A stretch of 34,736 bases of DNA, taken from the IMG/VR virus record IMGVR_UViG_2734482783_000005; one strand, given 5' to 3'. This DNA is from a virus (lineage: Duplodnaviria; Heunggongvirae; Uroviricota; Caudoviricetes). The position numbers and the translations under genes are program-made. Positions 1-14,154 of the stretch are shown here, in pieces (position 1 is the first letter of the stretch; each line of letters begins with the position of its first letter). The notes under the pieces were generated by a model. It worked only from the letters and a program-made list of their open reading frames with translations. It was not told where the DNA came from and ran no database searches.

Positions 1-306
1 TGCGCTGAACTCAACACGCAGCATACTGACCCGCGACGACCATTTTGCGCAGGTCACCTTTATCTGCCGCCACTCATAAGGCGGCGTCCACAGAAAGGAT
101 TTCCAGCCCCCGTGCTCTTCCAGAAACGACTCCAGTACCGTGGCCTCCTCACGGGGGACAGAAAGCGTCACGCTGTACGTTTTCAGGTTGGCATTCAGCC
201 CGGCAGGCGCTCGCTGAGAATAGCCATCACCAAAGCGCACCTTTCTTACAGAAGGGACCGAAGCCACATCCATACCGGGTTTCACTTTCCAGCGGAAGGT
301 CTTCAT
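1..306 (-). CDS. M: Minor tail protein M, truncated by the window edge (N-terminal ~100 aa present)
   Basis: Reverse-strand translation from the ATG at 306..304 reads MKTFRWKVKPGMDVASVPSVRKVRFGDGYSQRAPAGLNANLKTYSVTL..., matching lambda gpM as I recall it. The start overlaps the H stop codon. Not in the ORF track because it runs off the window. Confidence 0.85.
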   Translation of the reverse strand, partial: MKTFRWKVKPGMDVASVPSVRKVRFGDGYSQRAPAGLNANLKTYSVTLSVPREEATVLESFLEEHGGWKSFLWTPPYEWRQIKVTCAKWSSRVSMLRVEFSA

Positions 307-2864
307 CGTCCACCTCCGGAGAACAGGCCACCATCACGCATCTGTGTCTGAATTTCATCACGGGCACCCTTGCGGGCCATGTCATACACCGCCTTCAGAG
401 CAGCCGGACCTATCTGCCCGTTCGTGCCGTCGTTGTTAATCACCACATGGTTATTCTGCTCAAACGTCCCGGACGCCTGCGACCGGCTGTCAGCCAGACT
501 GCCCGGTGTACCGACATAACCACCGGTGGCATAGCCGCGCATCAGCCGGTAGAGATTCCCCACGCCAATCCGGCTGGTTGCCTCCTTCGTGAAGACAAAT
601 TCACCACGGTGAACAATCCCCGCTGGCTCATATTTGCCGCCGGTTCCCGTAAATCCCCCGGTCGCAAAATGGAATTTCGCCGCAGCGGCCTGAATGGATG
701 TACCGCCTGACGCTGATGCGCCGCCACCAACAGCCCCGCCAATGGCGCTGCCGATACTCCCGACAATCCCCACCATTGCCTGCTTAAGCAGAATTTCTGT
801 CATCATGGACAGCACGGAACGGGTGAAGCTGCGCCAGTTCTGCTCACTGCCGGTCAGCATCGCTGCCATATTCTGTGCAATACCATCAAAGGTCTGCGTG
901 GCTGCACTTTTTACCTGCGACATACTGTCCGTGGCGCTCTCTTCCCACTCACTCCAGCCGGACTTCAGGCCTGCCATCCAGCTCCCGCGAAGCTGGTCTT
1001 CAGCCGCCCAGGTCTTTTTCTGCTCTGACATGACGTTATTCAGCGCCAGAGGATTATCGCCATACTGTTCCTTCAGGCGCTGTTCCGTGGCTTCCCGTTC
1101 TGCCTGCCGGTCAGTCAGCCCCCGGCTTTTCGCATCAATGGCGGCCCGTTTTGCCCGTTGCTGCTGTGCGAATTTATCCGCCTGCTGCGCCAGCGCGTTC
1201 AGGCGCTCCTGATACGTAACCTTGTCGCCAAGTGCAGCCAGCTGGCGTTTGTACTCCAGCGTCTCATCTTTATGCGCCAGCAGGGATTTCTCCTGTGCGG
1301 ACAGCTGGCGACGTTGTGCCGCCTCCTCCAGTACCGCGAACTGACTTTCTGCCTTCCACAAATCCCGGCGCTGCTGGCTGATTTTCTCATTCGCTCCGGC
1401 ATGCTTCTCCAGCGTCCGGAGTTCTGCCTGAAGCGTCAGCAGGGCAGCATGAGCACTGTCTTCCTGACGATCGCCCGCAGACACCTTCACGCCGGACTGT
1501 TTCGGCTTTTTCAGCGTCGCTTCATAATCCTTTTTCGCCGCCGCCATCAGCGTGTTGTAATCCGCCTGCAGGATTTTCCCGTCTTTCAGTGCCTTGTTCA
1601 GTTCTTCCTGACGGGCGGTATATTTCTCCAGCGGCGTCTGCAGCCGTTCGTAAGCCTTCTGCGCCTCTTCGGTATATTTCAGCCGTGACGCTTCGGTATC
1701 GCTCTGCTGCTGCGCATTTTTGTCCTGTTGAGTCTGCTGCTCAGCCTTCTTTCGGGCGGCTTCAAGCGCAAGACGGGCCTTTTCACGATCATCCCAGTAA
1801 CGCGCCCGCGCTTCATCGTTAACAAAATAATCATCCTTGCGCAGATTCCAGATGTCGTCTGCTTTCTTAAACGCAGCCTCTGCCTTAATCAGCATCTCCT
1901 GCGCGGTATCAGGACGACCAGTATCCAGCACCGCATCCCACATGGATTTGAAGGCCCGCGCAGTCCTGTCTGCCCAGGTCTCCAGCGTGCCCATGTTCTC
2001 TTTCAGGTGGCGGGTCTGGTCATCAAACCCTTTCGTTGCGGCCTCGTTCGCCGCCTGCAATGCCCCGGCTTCATCGCCGGAACGCTGCAACTGAGCAACA
2101 TACGCAATCTGCTCCGCCGTCACGTTATGGAACTGGCGTGCCATCGCCGTCAGCCCCGACGTCGGGTCTGTGGTCAGCTTCCCGAAGGCTTCAGCGACCT
2201 TGTCCACCTCCACGCCGGATGCAGAGGAGAAACGCGCCACACTCTGGCTGATGGACGCAATCTGAGCCTCACCGCTTACCCCCGCCTTAACCAGTGCGCT
2301 GAGTGACTCGCTGGTCTGGTTAAACGTCAGCCCTGCCGCCTGCCCGGCTCTGGACAGGACCAGCATACGATCTGCCGTCAGTCCCGCCTGATTGCCGGAA
2401 AGGACCAGCGTTTTGTTGAAATCGGACAGGGTTGAGTTGCCCTGATACCAGGCATACGCCAGCGCACCGGTCGCCACCGCCAGCGAGGTGGCCCCCACCA
2501 TCGGCAGGCTGATCGCACCGGCAAGCCCCCTGAACATGGGGATCATCCCGCCGAAGGAGTCCTTCACCTGCCCCCCCTGTTGCAGCAGGATCAGCCACGG
2601 ACTTTGCCCGCCTGCAAGCTGCGTGGCCACGTCGGTGAACTGTGCAGGCAGCATACGCATGGCGGCTTTATACTGCCCGACGGAAATCCCCGCTTTCTGT
2701 GCAGCCAGCGCCTGTCGGCTCAGCGACTGTTCAACGACTGCCGCTGTTTTTTTCGCATCACTTTCCGTACCGGAAAAATGACGCCTGACTCTGGCCATCT
2801 GCTCGTCAAATCTGGCCGCATCCAGACTTAAATCAACGACCAGATCGCCTACCGGTTCAGCCAT
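303..2864 (-). CDS. H: Tail tape measure protein (lambda gpH-like, 853 aa)
   Basis: 853-aa ORF starting MAEPVGDLVVDLSLDAARFDEQMARVRRHF, coiled-coil-rich middle and Gly-rich C-terminus; same length as lambda H and sits between T and M. Confidence 0.95.
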   Translation of the reverse strand: MAEPVGDLVVDLSLDAARFDEQMARVRRHFSGTESDAKKTAAVVEQSLSRQALAAQKAGISVGQYKAAMRMLPAQFTDVATQLAGGQSPWLILLQQGGQVKDSFGGMIPMFRGLAGAISLPMVGATSLAVATGALAYAWYQGNSTLSDFNKTLVLSGNQAGLTADRMLVLSRAGQAAGLTFNQTSESLSALVKAGVSGEAQIASISQSVARFSSASGVEVDKVAEAFGKLTTDPTSGLTAMARQFHNVTAEQIAYVAQLQRSGDEAGALQAANEAATKGFDDQTRHLKENMGTLETWADRTARAFKSMWDAVLDTGRPDTAQEMLIKAEAAFKKADDIWNLRKDDYFVNDEARARYWDDREKARLALEAARKKAEQQTQQDKNAQQQSDTEASRLKYTEEAQKAYERLQTPLEKYTARQEELNKALKDGKILQADYNTLMAAAKKDYEATLKKPKQSGVKVSAGDRQEDSAHAALLTLQAELRTLEKHAGANEKISQQRRDLWKAESQFAVLEEAAQRRQLSAQEKSLLAHKDETLEYKRQLAALGDKVTYQERLNALAQQADKFAQQQRAKRAAIDAKSRGLTDRQAEREATEQRLKEQYGDNPLALNNVMSEQKKTWAAEDQLRGSWMAGLKSGWSEWEESATDSMSQVKSAATQTFDGIAQNMAAMLTGSEQNWRSFTRSVLSMMTEILLKQAMVGIVGSIGSAIGGAVGGGASASGGTSIQAAAAKFHFATGGFTGTGGKYEPAGIVHRGEFVFTKEATSRIGVGNLYRLMRGYATGGYVGTPGSLADSRSQASGTFEQNNHVVINNDGTNGQIGPAALKAVYDMARKGARDEIQTQMRDGGLFSGGGR

Positions 2865-3291
2865 ACCGGACTCCTCCTGCGATCCCTTCTGATACTGTCA
2901 TCAGCATTACGTCATCCTCCGTCATGTCCGCCACATCCGGGGAAGCGGGGATAACTTCATTCCCGTCCGGGCCAAAGCGGACACCTCCGGCAAGCCCTGC
3001 CGCTTTCTGCATCAGCACATCATCTTCAGGCTCTTCGTCAGCCTCGCGCCGGTTCAGCAGACTGAAATCCAGCGGATGCATATCCGGATCGCTGAAAAAC
3101 AGGCTGAGCACGGTGTACGTCAGCCCGGAAAAGTGCATATCCAGCAGAACATCATGAAAATAATGGGTACTGTAAAAGCGGTGCCAGTCGGCATACTCCG
3201 TGGATGACATCCCGGCAAGCATGGCGCGCCAGTCGGGTCGCCCCATCTCACGCGCCAGTTTCAGGGCAAAACTCAGCTCACCGTCGAACAC
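2857..3291 (-). CDS. T: Tail assembly chaperone T segment, expressed as a G-T fusion by -1 frameshift
   Basis: 144-aa ORF in the -1 frame overlapping the 3' end of G; the slippery heptamer GGGAAAG lies on the minus strand at 3281..3287, just upstream of the G stop. Confidence 0.8.
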   Translation of the reverse strand: MFDGELSFALKLAREMGRPDWRAMLAGMSSTEYADWHRFYSTHYFHDVLLDMHFSGLTYTVLSLFFSDPDMHPLDFSLLNRREADEEPEDDVLMQKAAGLAGGVRFGPDGNEVIPASPDVADMTEDDVMLMTVSEGIAGGVRYG

Positions 3292-3695
3292 TTTCCCGCA
3301 GAAACAGGCTCTGCGGGCCCGGCGTCCTCTGTCTGTTCAGGGGCATTATTCACCACAAACTCATACATACCAGACAGCCGGTACACCACGTTTTCAGCAT
3401 GAGAAATTGCCTCCGTGGGCCAGGTGGTAAGCACTTCCTGCTCAATCTGTTTAACGGCTTCATTCATGGACGGCATCTGCGTCTTCTGCGGATGGTTATG
3501 CCACAGGGACATCGCCACCAGAAACGCGCCGGTTCTGATGGCGTCTTCCACAGTAAACTTCCGGTTGCTGTCTGACTCCGCCTGTTCTGCCTGCCGTTTC
3601 ATCAGGGCGAGATGCTCAATGCGCTGCAGGGCTGACAGTTCAGAAAGCGTGACGGTCACACCGTTATGTTCAAATGATTCGGTTTTCAGGAACAT
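3273..3695 (-). CDS. G: Tail assembly chaperone G (140 aa)
   Basis: 140-aa ORF MFLKTESFEHNGVTVTLSELSALQRIEHL...; lambda gpG length and position between V and T. Confidence 0.9.
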   Translation of the reverse strand: MFLKTESFEHNGVTVTLSELSALQRIEHLALMKRQAEQAESDSNRKFTVEDAIRTGAFLVAMSLWHNHPQKTQMPSMNEAVKQIEQEVLTTWPTEAISHAENVVYRLSGMYEFVVNNAPEQTEDAGPAEPVSAGKCSTVS

Positions 3696-3710
3696 CGCTG
3701 ACTCTCCGGA

Positions 3711-4451
3711 TTAACTGGCGGTGACGGTAATTTCTGCAACCGCAGCAAACTCACCATTACCGGATACAACCGGAATGTTGACCTTGCCTGCAGCAACGCC
3801 GTTCACGGTGATGGTCATACCACTGACCGACACGGTGGCTTTTGTTTTATCCGCAGACACCGCACGAAAGCTCTTGTCGGTTACGCCCTCCGGCTGGAAG
3901 GCCACGGTCAGCGTGGTGCTCTGCCCTTTCACCACCGAGGTGCTGGCAGGCGTCACGGTCATGCCGGTTGCCGCTGTTACCGTGCTGCGATCTTCTGCCA
4001 TCGACGGACGTCCCACATTGGTGACTTTCACCGTGCGGGTGATCACTTCCTTCGCCGTCACCGCCTTACCGATACTGCTGACCCAGCCACGGAACACATC
4101 GACCGTGCCGTTCGGGAAGCGGATTTTATAGGCACGGGTATCGCCTTCATTAAACCACGCCAGCAGCGCCTGCTGCCCCTGCTCTCCGGGCATCCACGCC
4201 AGCGTGAAGCTGGTATCTCCGGCAGATTTCTGCCCCTGCCCGGTCGCAGTCCAGTCTGCATCTTCATCATCGAGATAGCTGTCGTCATAGGACTCAGCGG
4301 TCAGTTCGCCGGGCGTCAGGTCTTTAACTTTTGCCAGACGCGACCAGTCAACGTCTGAAAGCGGATTCGCATAAGGGTCACCGCTCCCCTTATAAACCCA
4401 CAGGGTGGTCCCGGCACCTTTCACCGGCATTGTAGGATTTGGTACAGGCAT
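3711..4451 (-). CDS. V: Major tail tube protein V (246 aa from the internal Met; Ig-like C-terminal domain)
   Basis: The ORF contains [36 protein letters not shown]..., the lambda gpV N-terminus. The track ORF begins 10 codons upstream; the start was chosen to give the lambda-length protein. Confidence 0.9.
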
Positions 4452-4458
4452 AGCGTCC

Positions 4459-4854
4459 TCACATTTCATAGGTAATGACATAAGTCAGATCGGCTGAACT
4501 CCACAGGCCCGCATCATCGTCGCGCCGGTAGTCATAGCCGCTGGCCACCATACTGGTGATCAAATCTGACAGTGCCGGGATATCGCTCATCACCGGATAA
4601 ATCCGGGACTCCATCCACGCATCCAGCTCTGAATCCGGCACCTGAGCAGGCAGGAAAACTTCGATATGCAGCTCCGCCTGCCAGGTATCGCTGTCCAGCT
4701 CTTCGCCCGTGTATTCAGCGCCGGTGAGATAAACGGCAACTGCCGGAAAATCCGCCTCATCAAAAACAGCGGGGCGACCATCAAAAAACGTCGCCCCGGT
4801 GTCATGCTTCTCCAGTGCATCCAGTACGGCTGCACGGAGTTCAGTATGTTTCAT
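4459..4854 (-). CDS. U: Tail terminator protein U (131 aa)
   Basis: [43 protein letters not shown]...; lambda gpU length and position. Confidence 0.9.
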
Positions 4855-5429
4855 CGCTTTATTACCATCCTCAGTTGATGCTGCAGCGCATAGCCCAGCT
4901 CTTTCGGAAGACGCTCACGCCGTATCCGCTCAATATTCTGTTTAAACGCCGTGGTCAGCGGCACCGCCATCGGGATTTTCACCACATCAATGGGGTAACG
5001 GTTTTTCCCGGCCACACGCTGCATGACATGCCAGCGGCCATTTTTCAGTTGCTGAATAAACGCGCCGGGAATACGACGGTTTCCCACCACAAGCACGCTG
5101 CCGCCACCTTTCAGGGATGAACGCTGCCCCTTTTTACGACGTCTGCGGCGGGAAAGGACAACCCGCGCGTTACCCAGCTTGATTACGGGCAAATCCCCCC
5201 GGTTAACCCTGATTCTGGCCTGCGGATTTTTGACCGTGGCCCTTTTCAGCCTGGCCCTTTCCTTTACCAGTTTCCGGCGTACCTTTGTCTCACGGGCAAC
5301 CTGTGACGCAGACTGCGATATCGCGGATGACGCAACGCGGTTAATGGCCATTGCGGCGGCACCAGGCACCGCCGTTTTGCTGATACGGCTGAGGTTTTCA
5401 ACGGCCTGCTCAAGACCTTTTATGGCCAT
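4851..5429 (-). CDS. Z: Tail completion protein Z (192 aa)
   Basis: MAIKGLEQAVENLSRISKTAVPGAAAMAINRVASSAISQSASQVARETKVRRK...; lambda gpZ length; overlaps the U start. Confidence 0.9.
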   Translation of the reverse strand: MAIKGLEQAVENLSRISKTAVPGAAAMAINRVASSAISQSASQVARETKVRRKLVKERARLKRATVKNPQARIRVNRGDLPVIKLGNARVVLSRRRRRKKGQRSSLKGGGSVLVVGNRRIPGAFIQQLKNGRWHVMQRVAGKNRYPIDVVKIPMAVPLTTAFKQNIERIRRERLPKELGYALQHQLRMVIKR

Positions 5430-5440
5430 ACATCCCCCTT

Positions 5441-5794
5441 TCAGCGGCGACGGTTAACGGCAGGCGGCACGCCACGCCCAAGCCAGAGATGACAGCTTCC
5501 GCCATCATCCGGCGAAATCCGGTCCACCCAGAAGTTTTCCTCGCCGATGGTCAGTGTGTCTCCACGCCGCAGCTGCCGCACATCATCAGTCCGGACAAAC
5601 AGGGACGGGCTGGAGCCTTCAACGCGCACCCCCTGTCCGGCATAGCTGATATTTTCAGGGTCATCAAAAACACCACGTATCACAGCACCGGACAGCTCAC
5701 CGGATGTCATGGTGGCTGACGTTCCCATGTACCCGCGTATCGTTTCATCGGCGCGGGCAATGGCAGCATCGAACAGGTTATCGGAATCAGCCAC
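5441..5794 (-). CDS. FII: Head-tail joining protein FII (117 aa)
   Basis: MADSDNLFDAAIARADETIRGYMGTSATMTSGELSGAVIRGVFDDPENISYAGQGVRVEG...; lambda FII length and order. Confidence 0.9.
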   Translation of the reverse strand: MADSDNLFDAAIARADETIRGYMGTSATMTSGELSGAVIRGVFDDPENISYAGQGVRVEGSSPSLFVRTDDVRQLRRGDTLTIGEENFWVDRISPDDGGSCHLWLGRGVPPAVNRRR

Positions 5795-5805
5795 AGCGCC
5801 TCCCG

Positions 5806-6201
5806 TTATTGCATTCTGGCCAGGCCATGTTCTGTCATTTCGGCTGCCACACCGGCAGAGACACGAAACGCCGTTCCCGGCAGCACAAATGCCACAGGCT
5901 CATCCCGCGTGGCGTGAAGTGCATCAGTATGCAGCGTCACCAGTGCCACGACCGTGACCAGAGCAGCCGTATCAATCACGGTATCCGGCTGCGCTGATAC
6001 CACCTCATTTTCATGTCCGGTCAGCGCATTTTCCGGGCTGACAGATGTGTCCTGACCGGCAGCGTCATCCGTGTCATCAAGCTCCTCTTCCAGCTCTGCC
6101 ACACGGAGCACCAGTTCTTCTTTCGTCCCCGTCAGGCTGACATCACGGTTCAGTTGCTCACCCAGCACCTGAAGACGGGCAATCAGTTCATCTTTCGTCA
6201 T
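5806..6201 (-). CDS. FI: DNA packaging / head completion protein FI (about 131 aa from the internal Met)
   Basis: The ORF contains MTKDELIARLQVLGEQLNRDVSLTGTKEELVLRVAELEEELDDTDD... and ends ...MTEHGLARMQ; start placed at MTKDEL to match lambda FI. Confidence 0.85.
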   Translation of the reverse strand: MTKDELIARLQVLGEQLNRDVSLTGTKEELVLRVAELEEELDDTDDAAGQDTSVSPENALTGHENEVVSAQPDTVIDTAALVTVVALVTLHTDALHATRDEPVAFVLPGTAFRVSAGVAAEMTEHGLARMQ

Positions 6202-6242
6202 GGACTCCTCCACAGAGAGAAAATGGCCCCGAAGGGCCATGA

Positions 6243-7268
6243 TTACGCCAGTTGTACGGACACGAACGCATCAGGATCAGCCAGCAGCATCAGCGGTGCT
6301 GACTGAATCATGGTGAACTCACGCGCCGGATCGCCGGTGGTCACCCAGTTTTTCGGGTAGCGGGCAGAGGCGTTAATACCTTCGCGCTGTGCGTCCGCAT
6401 CCTGAATGCAGCCATAGGTGCGCAGACCGCGTGCCTGAGTGTTCCCCAGCACCATCGTGTTGTCCGGCAGGAAGTTCTTTTTGACGTCGTTTTCCACGTA
6501 CTGTCCGGAATACACGACGATCGCCGTATCGCCATACATCCCCTTATAGGACACCGCTTCGCCCAGGTCTTTTACCGCTGTCTCCAGCTCGGAATTAGAG
6601 CCGCGACGGGTATCCAGCTTCTCCTTGACGGCTTTGAAGGAACGGAACAGCGCCCAGCCTTTCGGATCAAACACGATGATATTCACCACGCCGCTGGCGT
6701 TCAGCGCATAGGCTTCGATATCGTCGGTCGGGTCATACGTGGACTTGTCACGCTTGCTCCACTCCGTACCACCGGACTGTGTGATGTTGTTCGCCGCACT
6801 GCGGCCCATATCCACCTCAACCGGATCGAAGGCTTCACCGGTCATGGTGTATTTGCCCTTAAGCACAGCAGAAACTGCCTGCATCTCTTCGACCTGAGCA
6901 ATGGCCAGCTCTTCGTCTCGCATGTTCTGCATGATGATGCGACGGCGGCGGTAAGCCGGGTCCGCCAGATTCTGCGGATCTTCATCCGGCAGGCGACGCA
7001 GGGTCATCTGCGGATTCACCTCATGCTTGGGTTTGACATATCCCGGCGTAAATTCAGAGGTGGAGCCGCCACGGGAACGGATAACCTCACCGGAAACAAT
7101 CGGCGAAACGTACAGCGCCATATTTACCAGTCCCGGAATTTGTGAGAGATAGACTTTCTCCGTGGTGAAGGGATAGCTCTCACGGAAAAAGAGACGCAGA
7201 AACAGCGGATCAAACTTAAATTTCTGCTCATTTGCCGCCAGCAGCTGGGCGGTTGTGTACATCGACAT
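6243..7268 (-). CDS. E: Major capsid protein E (341 aa)
   Basis: MSMYTTAQLLAANEQKFKFDPLFLRLFFRESYPFTTEKVYLSQIPGLVNMALYVSPIVSGEVIRSRGG... through ...FVSVQLA; lambda gpE length. The track ORF has a 9-codon upstream extension. Confidence 0.95.
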   Translation of the reverse strand: MSMYTTAQLLAANEQKFKFDPLFLRLFFRESYPFTTEKVYLSQIPGLVNMALYVSPIVSGEVIRSRGGSTSEFTPGYVKPKHEVNPQMTLRRLPDEDPQNLADPAYRRRRIIMQNMRDEELAIAQVEEMQAVSAVLKGKYTMTGEAFDPVEVDMGRSAANNITQSGGTEWSKRDKSTYDPTDDIEAYALNASGVVNIIVFDPKGWALFRSFKAVKEKLDTRRGSNSELETAVKDLGEAVSYKGMYGDTAIVVYSGQYVENDVKKNFLPDNTMVLGNTQARGLRTYGCIQDADAQREGINASARYPKNWVTTGDPAREFTMIQSAPLMLLADPDAFVSVQLA

Positions 7269-7323
7269 AAAAAAATCCCGTAAAAAAAGCCGCACAGGCG
7301 GCCTTTAGTGATGAAGGGTAAGG

Positions 7324-7656
7324 TTAAACGATGCTGATTGCCGTTCCGGCAAACGCGGTCCGTTTTTTCGTCTCGTCGCTGGCAGCCTCCGGCCAGAGCA
7401 CATCCTCATAACGGAACGTGCCGGACTTGTAGAACGTCAGCGTGGTGCTGGTCTGGTCAGCATCAACCGCCAGAATGCCAACGGCAGTACCGTCGGTGGT
7501 GCCATCCCACGCAACCAGCTTACGGGTGGAGGTGTCCAGCATCAGCGGGGTCATTGCAGGCGCTTTCGCACTCAATCCGCCGGGCGCGGTTGCCGTATGT
7601 GCCGGGTCACTGTTGCCCAGCGGCTGGTAATGGGTAAAGGTTTCTTTGCTCGTCAT
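7324..7656 (-). CDS. D: Head decoration protein D (110 aa)
   Basis: [56 protein letters not shown]...; lambda gpD. Confidence 0.9.
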   Translation of the reverse strand: MTSKETFTHYQPLGNSDPAHTATAPGGLSAKAPAMTPLMLDTSTRKLVAWDGTTDGTAVGILAVDADQTSTTLTFYKSGTFRYEDVLWPEAASDETKKRTAFAGTAISIV

Positions 7657-7665
7657 AAACATCCC

Positions 7666-8965
7666 TTACACTGGTGTGTTCAGCAAATCGTTAACGGCAT
7701 CAGATGCCGGGTTACCTGCAGCCAGTGGTGCCGGTGCCCCCTGCATCAGACGATCCAGCGCAGTGTCACTGCGCGCCTGTGCACTCTGTGGTGCAGCTGC
7801 CAGAATGCGGCGGGCCGTTTCCACGGTCATACCGGGGGTTTCGGCCAGCACACGTGCCTGTTCTTCTCGTCCGTGAGCTTCCTCACAGTTGAGGATCCCC
7901 ATAATGCGGCTGTTTTCTGCCGCAACCGCAGCGGTGATCTGCGCGTTCACGTCCGGCTGCGCCGCGCTGGCGTTTTCGCCCTCCGTCGCTTGCACCACGT
8001 CAGTAACGTCAGCCTGCGAAGCAGTGGTTGAAACAGTTGTTGATTGAGTCTCTTTGGTCATTCGCCCTCCTGAGAGACGGGATTTACGTGCATCCAGTGC
8101 ATCACGCATAACGGTGATCGCATCGGTGCTGTTGACAAGTTCATCAGCCAGTCCGGCATCAATGGCCTCCTGACCGCTGTACACTGCAGCCTCGGTATCC
8201 AGCACAGCCTGCACGGACAGGCCGGTATATGCCGACACCTTCTGCGCAAACATCCGGCGGGTTGCATCCATCCGGGACTGCAGTGTCTCCCGGACATCAC
8301 CCGGTAGATGGCTGTAGGGGTTGCCATCCACCTTATGGCTGCCGCTGTAAATCAGCGTGATTTCCACGCCCTGTTTCTCCAGCGCAGCGCCGTAATTACT
8401 GTGAGCCATCATGACGCCGATGGAGCCTGTCCGGGCGGTCTGCGTGACCAGACGCCGGGAGGCGGCGCTGGCAAGCAGCTGACCTGCACTGCAGTTCATG
8501 TCGTTGGCCAGCGCCCATACCGGCTTTATGTCACGCACACGGGCGATGATGTCAGCACAGTCAAATGCTCCCGCCACCATCCCGCCCGGTGTGTCCATAT
8601 CGAGCAGAATGCCGTCCACCATCGGATCGCTGGCAGCCTGTTGCAGACGGGCGATAATGCCGTTGTAACCGGTCATCCCCGAATACGGCTGCAGCGCCCG
8701 CGTCCGGCTGACCAGCGTGCCGGACACCGGCAGCACGGCGATGCCGTTCATGACCTGATAACTGCGGGCCTGTCGTGGTCCGTCATCATCAACGGATAAC
8801 GCCAGCGCCGCGGGTGCCTCTCCGGCAGTCAGGCTGTCGCCGGACACCGCATCCGTCAGGCGGCTGATCCCAAGCTGGCCTGCAAGCGCACAAAAGAAAA
8901 CCCGCGCATAGGCGGGTTCAAGCATCAGCGGCTCATTAAAGGCCATACTGGCAATATGCGGGAGA

Positions 8966-8985
<20 letters not shown>
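7666..8985 (-). CDS. C: Capsid assembly protease C (S49/ClpP-fold), 439 aa from a probable GTG start; the scaffold Nu3 is expected as an in-frame internal start in its 3' part
   Basis: The frame reads (V)TAELRNLPHIASMAFNEPLMLEPAYARVFFCALAGQLGISRLTDAVSGDS... with no ATG at the homologous position; counting from that Val gives exactly 439 aa. The track ORF (to 9120) would overlap the portal gene by about 150 nt. Confidence 0.8.
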
Positions 8986-12666
<3,681 letters not shown>

Positions 12667-12692
<26 letters not shown>

Positions 12693-13212
12693 TCAGCAAC
12701 CCCGGTATCAGTTCATCCAGCGCGGCTGCTTTGTTCATGGCTTTGATGATATCCCGTTTCAGGAAATCAACATGTCGGTTTTCCAGTTCCGGAAAACGCC
12801 GCTGCACCGACAGGGGGATCCCGTCGAGAATACTGGCAATTTCACCTGCGATCCGCGACAGCACGAAAGTACAGAATGCGGTTTCCACCACTTCAGCGGA
12901 GTCTCTGGCATTCTTCAGTTCCTGTGCGTCGGCCTGCGCACGCGTAAGTCGATGGCGTTCGTACTCAATAGTCCCTGGCTGGAGATCTGCCTCGCTGGCC
13001 TGCCGCAGTTCTTCAACCTCCCGGCGCAGCTTTTCGTTCTCAATTTCAGCATCCCTTTCGGCATACCATTTTATGACGGCGGCAGAGTCATAAAGCACCT
13101 CATTACCCTTGCCACCGCCTCGCAGAACGGGCATTCCCTGTTCCTGCCAGTTCTGAATGGTACGGATACTCGCACCGAAAATGTCAGCCAGCTGCTTTTT
13201 GTTGACTTCCAT
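12667..13212 (-). CDS. Nu1: Terminase small subunit Nu1 (181 aa)
   Basis: MEVNKKQLADIFGASIRTIQNWQEQGMPVLRGGGKGNEVLYDSAAVIKWYAERDAEIENEKLRREVEELRQASEADLQPGTIEYERHRL...; lambda Nu1 with N-terminal winged HTH; overlaps the A start. Confidence 0.95.
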
Positions 13213-13389
13213 TGTTCATTCCACGGACAAAAACAGAGAAAGGAAACGACAGAGGCCAAAAAGCTCGCTTTCAGCACCTGTCGCTTCCTTTCTTTTCAGA
13301 GGGTATTTTAAATAAAAACATTAAGTTATGACGAAGAAGAACGGAAACGCCTTAAACCGGAAAATTTTCATAAATAGCGAAAACCCGCG

Positions 13390-13401
13390 AGGTCGCCGCC
13401 C
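13390..13401. other. cosN, the 12-nt cohesive-end sequence of lambda-type cos (cosB expected at 13213..13389, cosQ just right of cosN)
   Basis: AGGTCGCCGCCC at 13390..13401 is the reverse complement of the lambda cohesive end GGGCGGCGACCT, and the flanking sequence matches the lambda genome ends as I recall them. Confidence 0.85.
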
Positions 13402-13600
13402 CGTAACCTGTCGGATCGCCGGAAAGGACCCGCAAAATGATAATAATTATCATCTGCATGTCACAACGTGCATCTACGCCATCAAACCACGTCAAATAAT
13501 CAATTATGACGCAGGTATCATATTAATTGATCTGCATCAACTTAACGTAAAAACAACTTCAGACAATACAAATCAGCGACACTGAATACGGGACAACCTC

Positions 13601-13795
13601 ATGTCAACTAAGAACAGAACCCGCAGAACAACAACCCGCAACATCCGCTTTCCTAACCAAATGATTGAACAAATTAACATCGCTCTTGAGCAAAAAGGGT
13701 CTGGGAATTTCTCAGCCTGGGTCATTGAAGCCTGCCGTCGGAGACTAACGTCAGAAAAGAGAGCATATACATCAATCCAAAGTGATGATGAATAA
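13601..13795 (+). CDS. Small basic hypothetical protein of the lambda right-end region (64 aa), possibly DNA-binding
   Basis: MSTKNRTRRTTTRNIRFPNQMIEQINIALEQKGSGNFSAWVIEACRRRLTSEKRAYTSIQSDDE; Arg-rich N-terminus, clean ORF in otherwise non-coding DNA right of cos. Function not recognised. Confidence 0.4.
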   Translation: MSTKNRTRRTTTRNIRFPNQMIEQINIALEQKGSGNFSAWVIEACRRRLTSEKRAYTSIQSDDE

Positions 13796-14154
13796 ACATC
13801 CCGGTTTCTTCCACCATCGCACCGGAAAAGCGACTATGAGGGTAACCCTGCGTCTGTCAGCACAGTAAAACCCGGTGTGCATCGTTTTTGATTATTCCCG
13901 CACACTCACGCAGAAGGAATTCCCCGTCGGGCTACGGTCATGGTTAATGCGGGAATACGGCGACGATACAGCGCTGCTAAAAGGGTAATGGACAGAAAGA
14001 GCGGTTTATTTCATTCCACAGGATTCTGAGTGCCCCCCTCCTCCAATAGGCTGAGCATCCACCTATATAGTTTTAATTTTCATCAATCCATTTAACTATC
14101 GTTTAATTGTTGTCACATAGGATTCTGCCGTTTTTAACAATGCAGGATAATAAG

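Noticed and set aside
45-2306. Plus-strand ORFs (45..710, 694..1212, 1158..1688, 1728..2306 and others) overlapping the tail genes
   Set aside because: They are antisense to M and H, which have high-confidence lambda-like translations on the minus strand; their products are low-complexity and Arg/Cys/Pro-rich, typical of antisense artefacts in GC-rich coding DNA.
13328-13585. 85-aa plus-strand ORF spanning the cos site
   Set aside because: It runs straight through cosN and the flanking cos-site DNA, so it is most likely a chance open frame.
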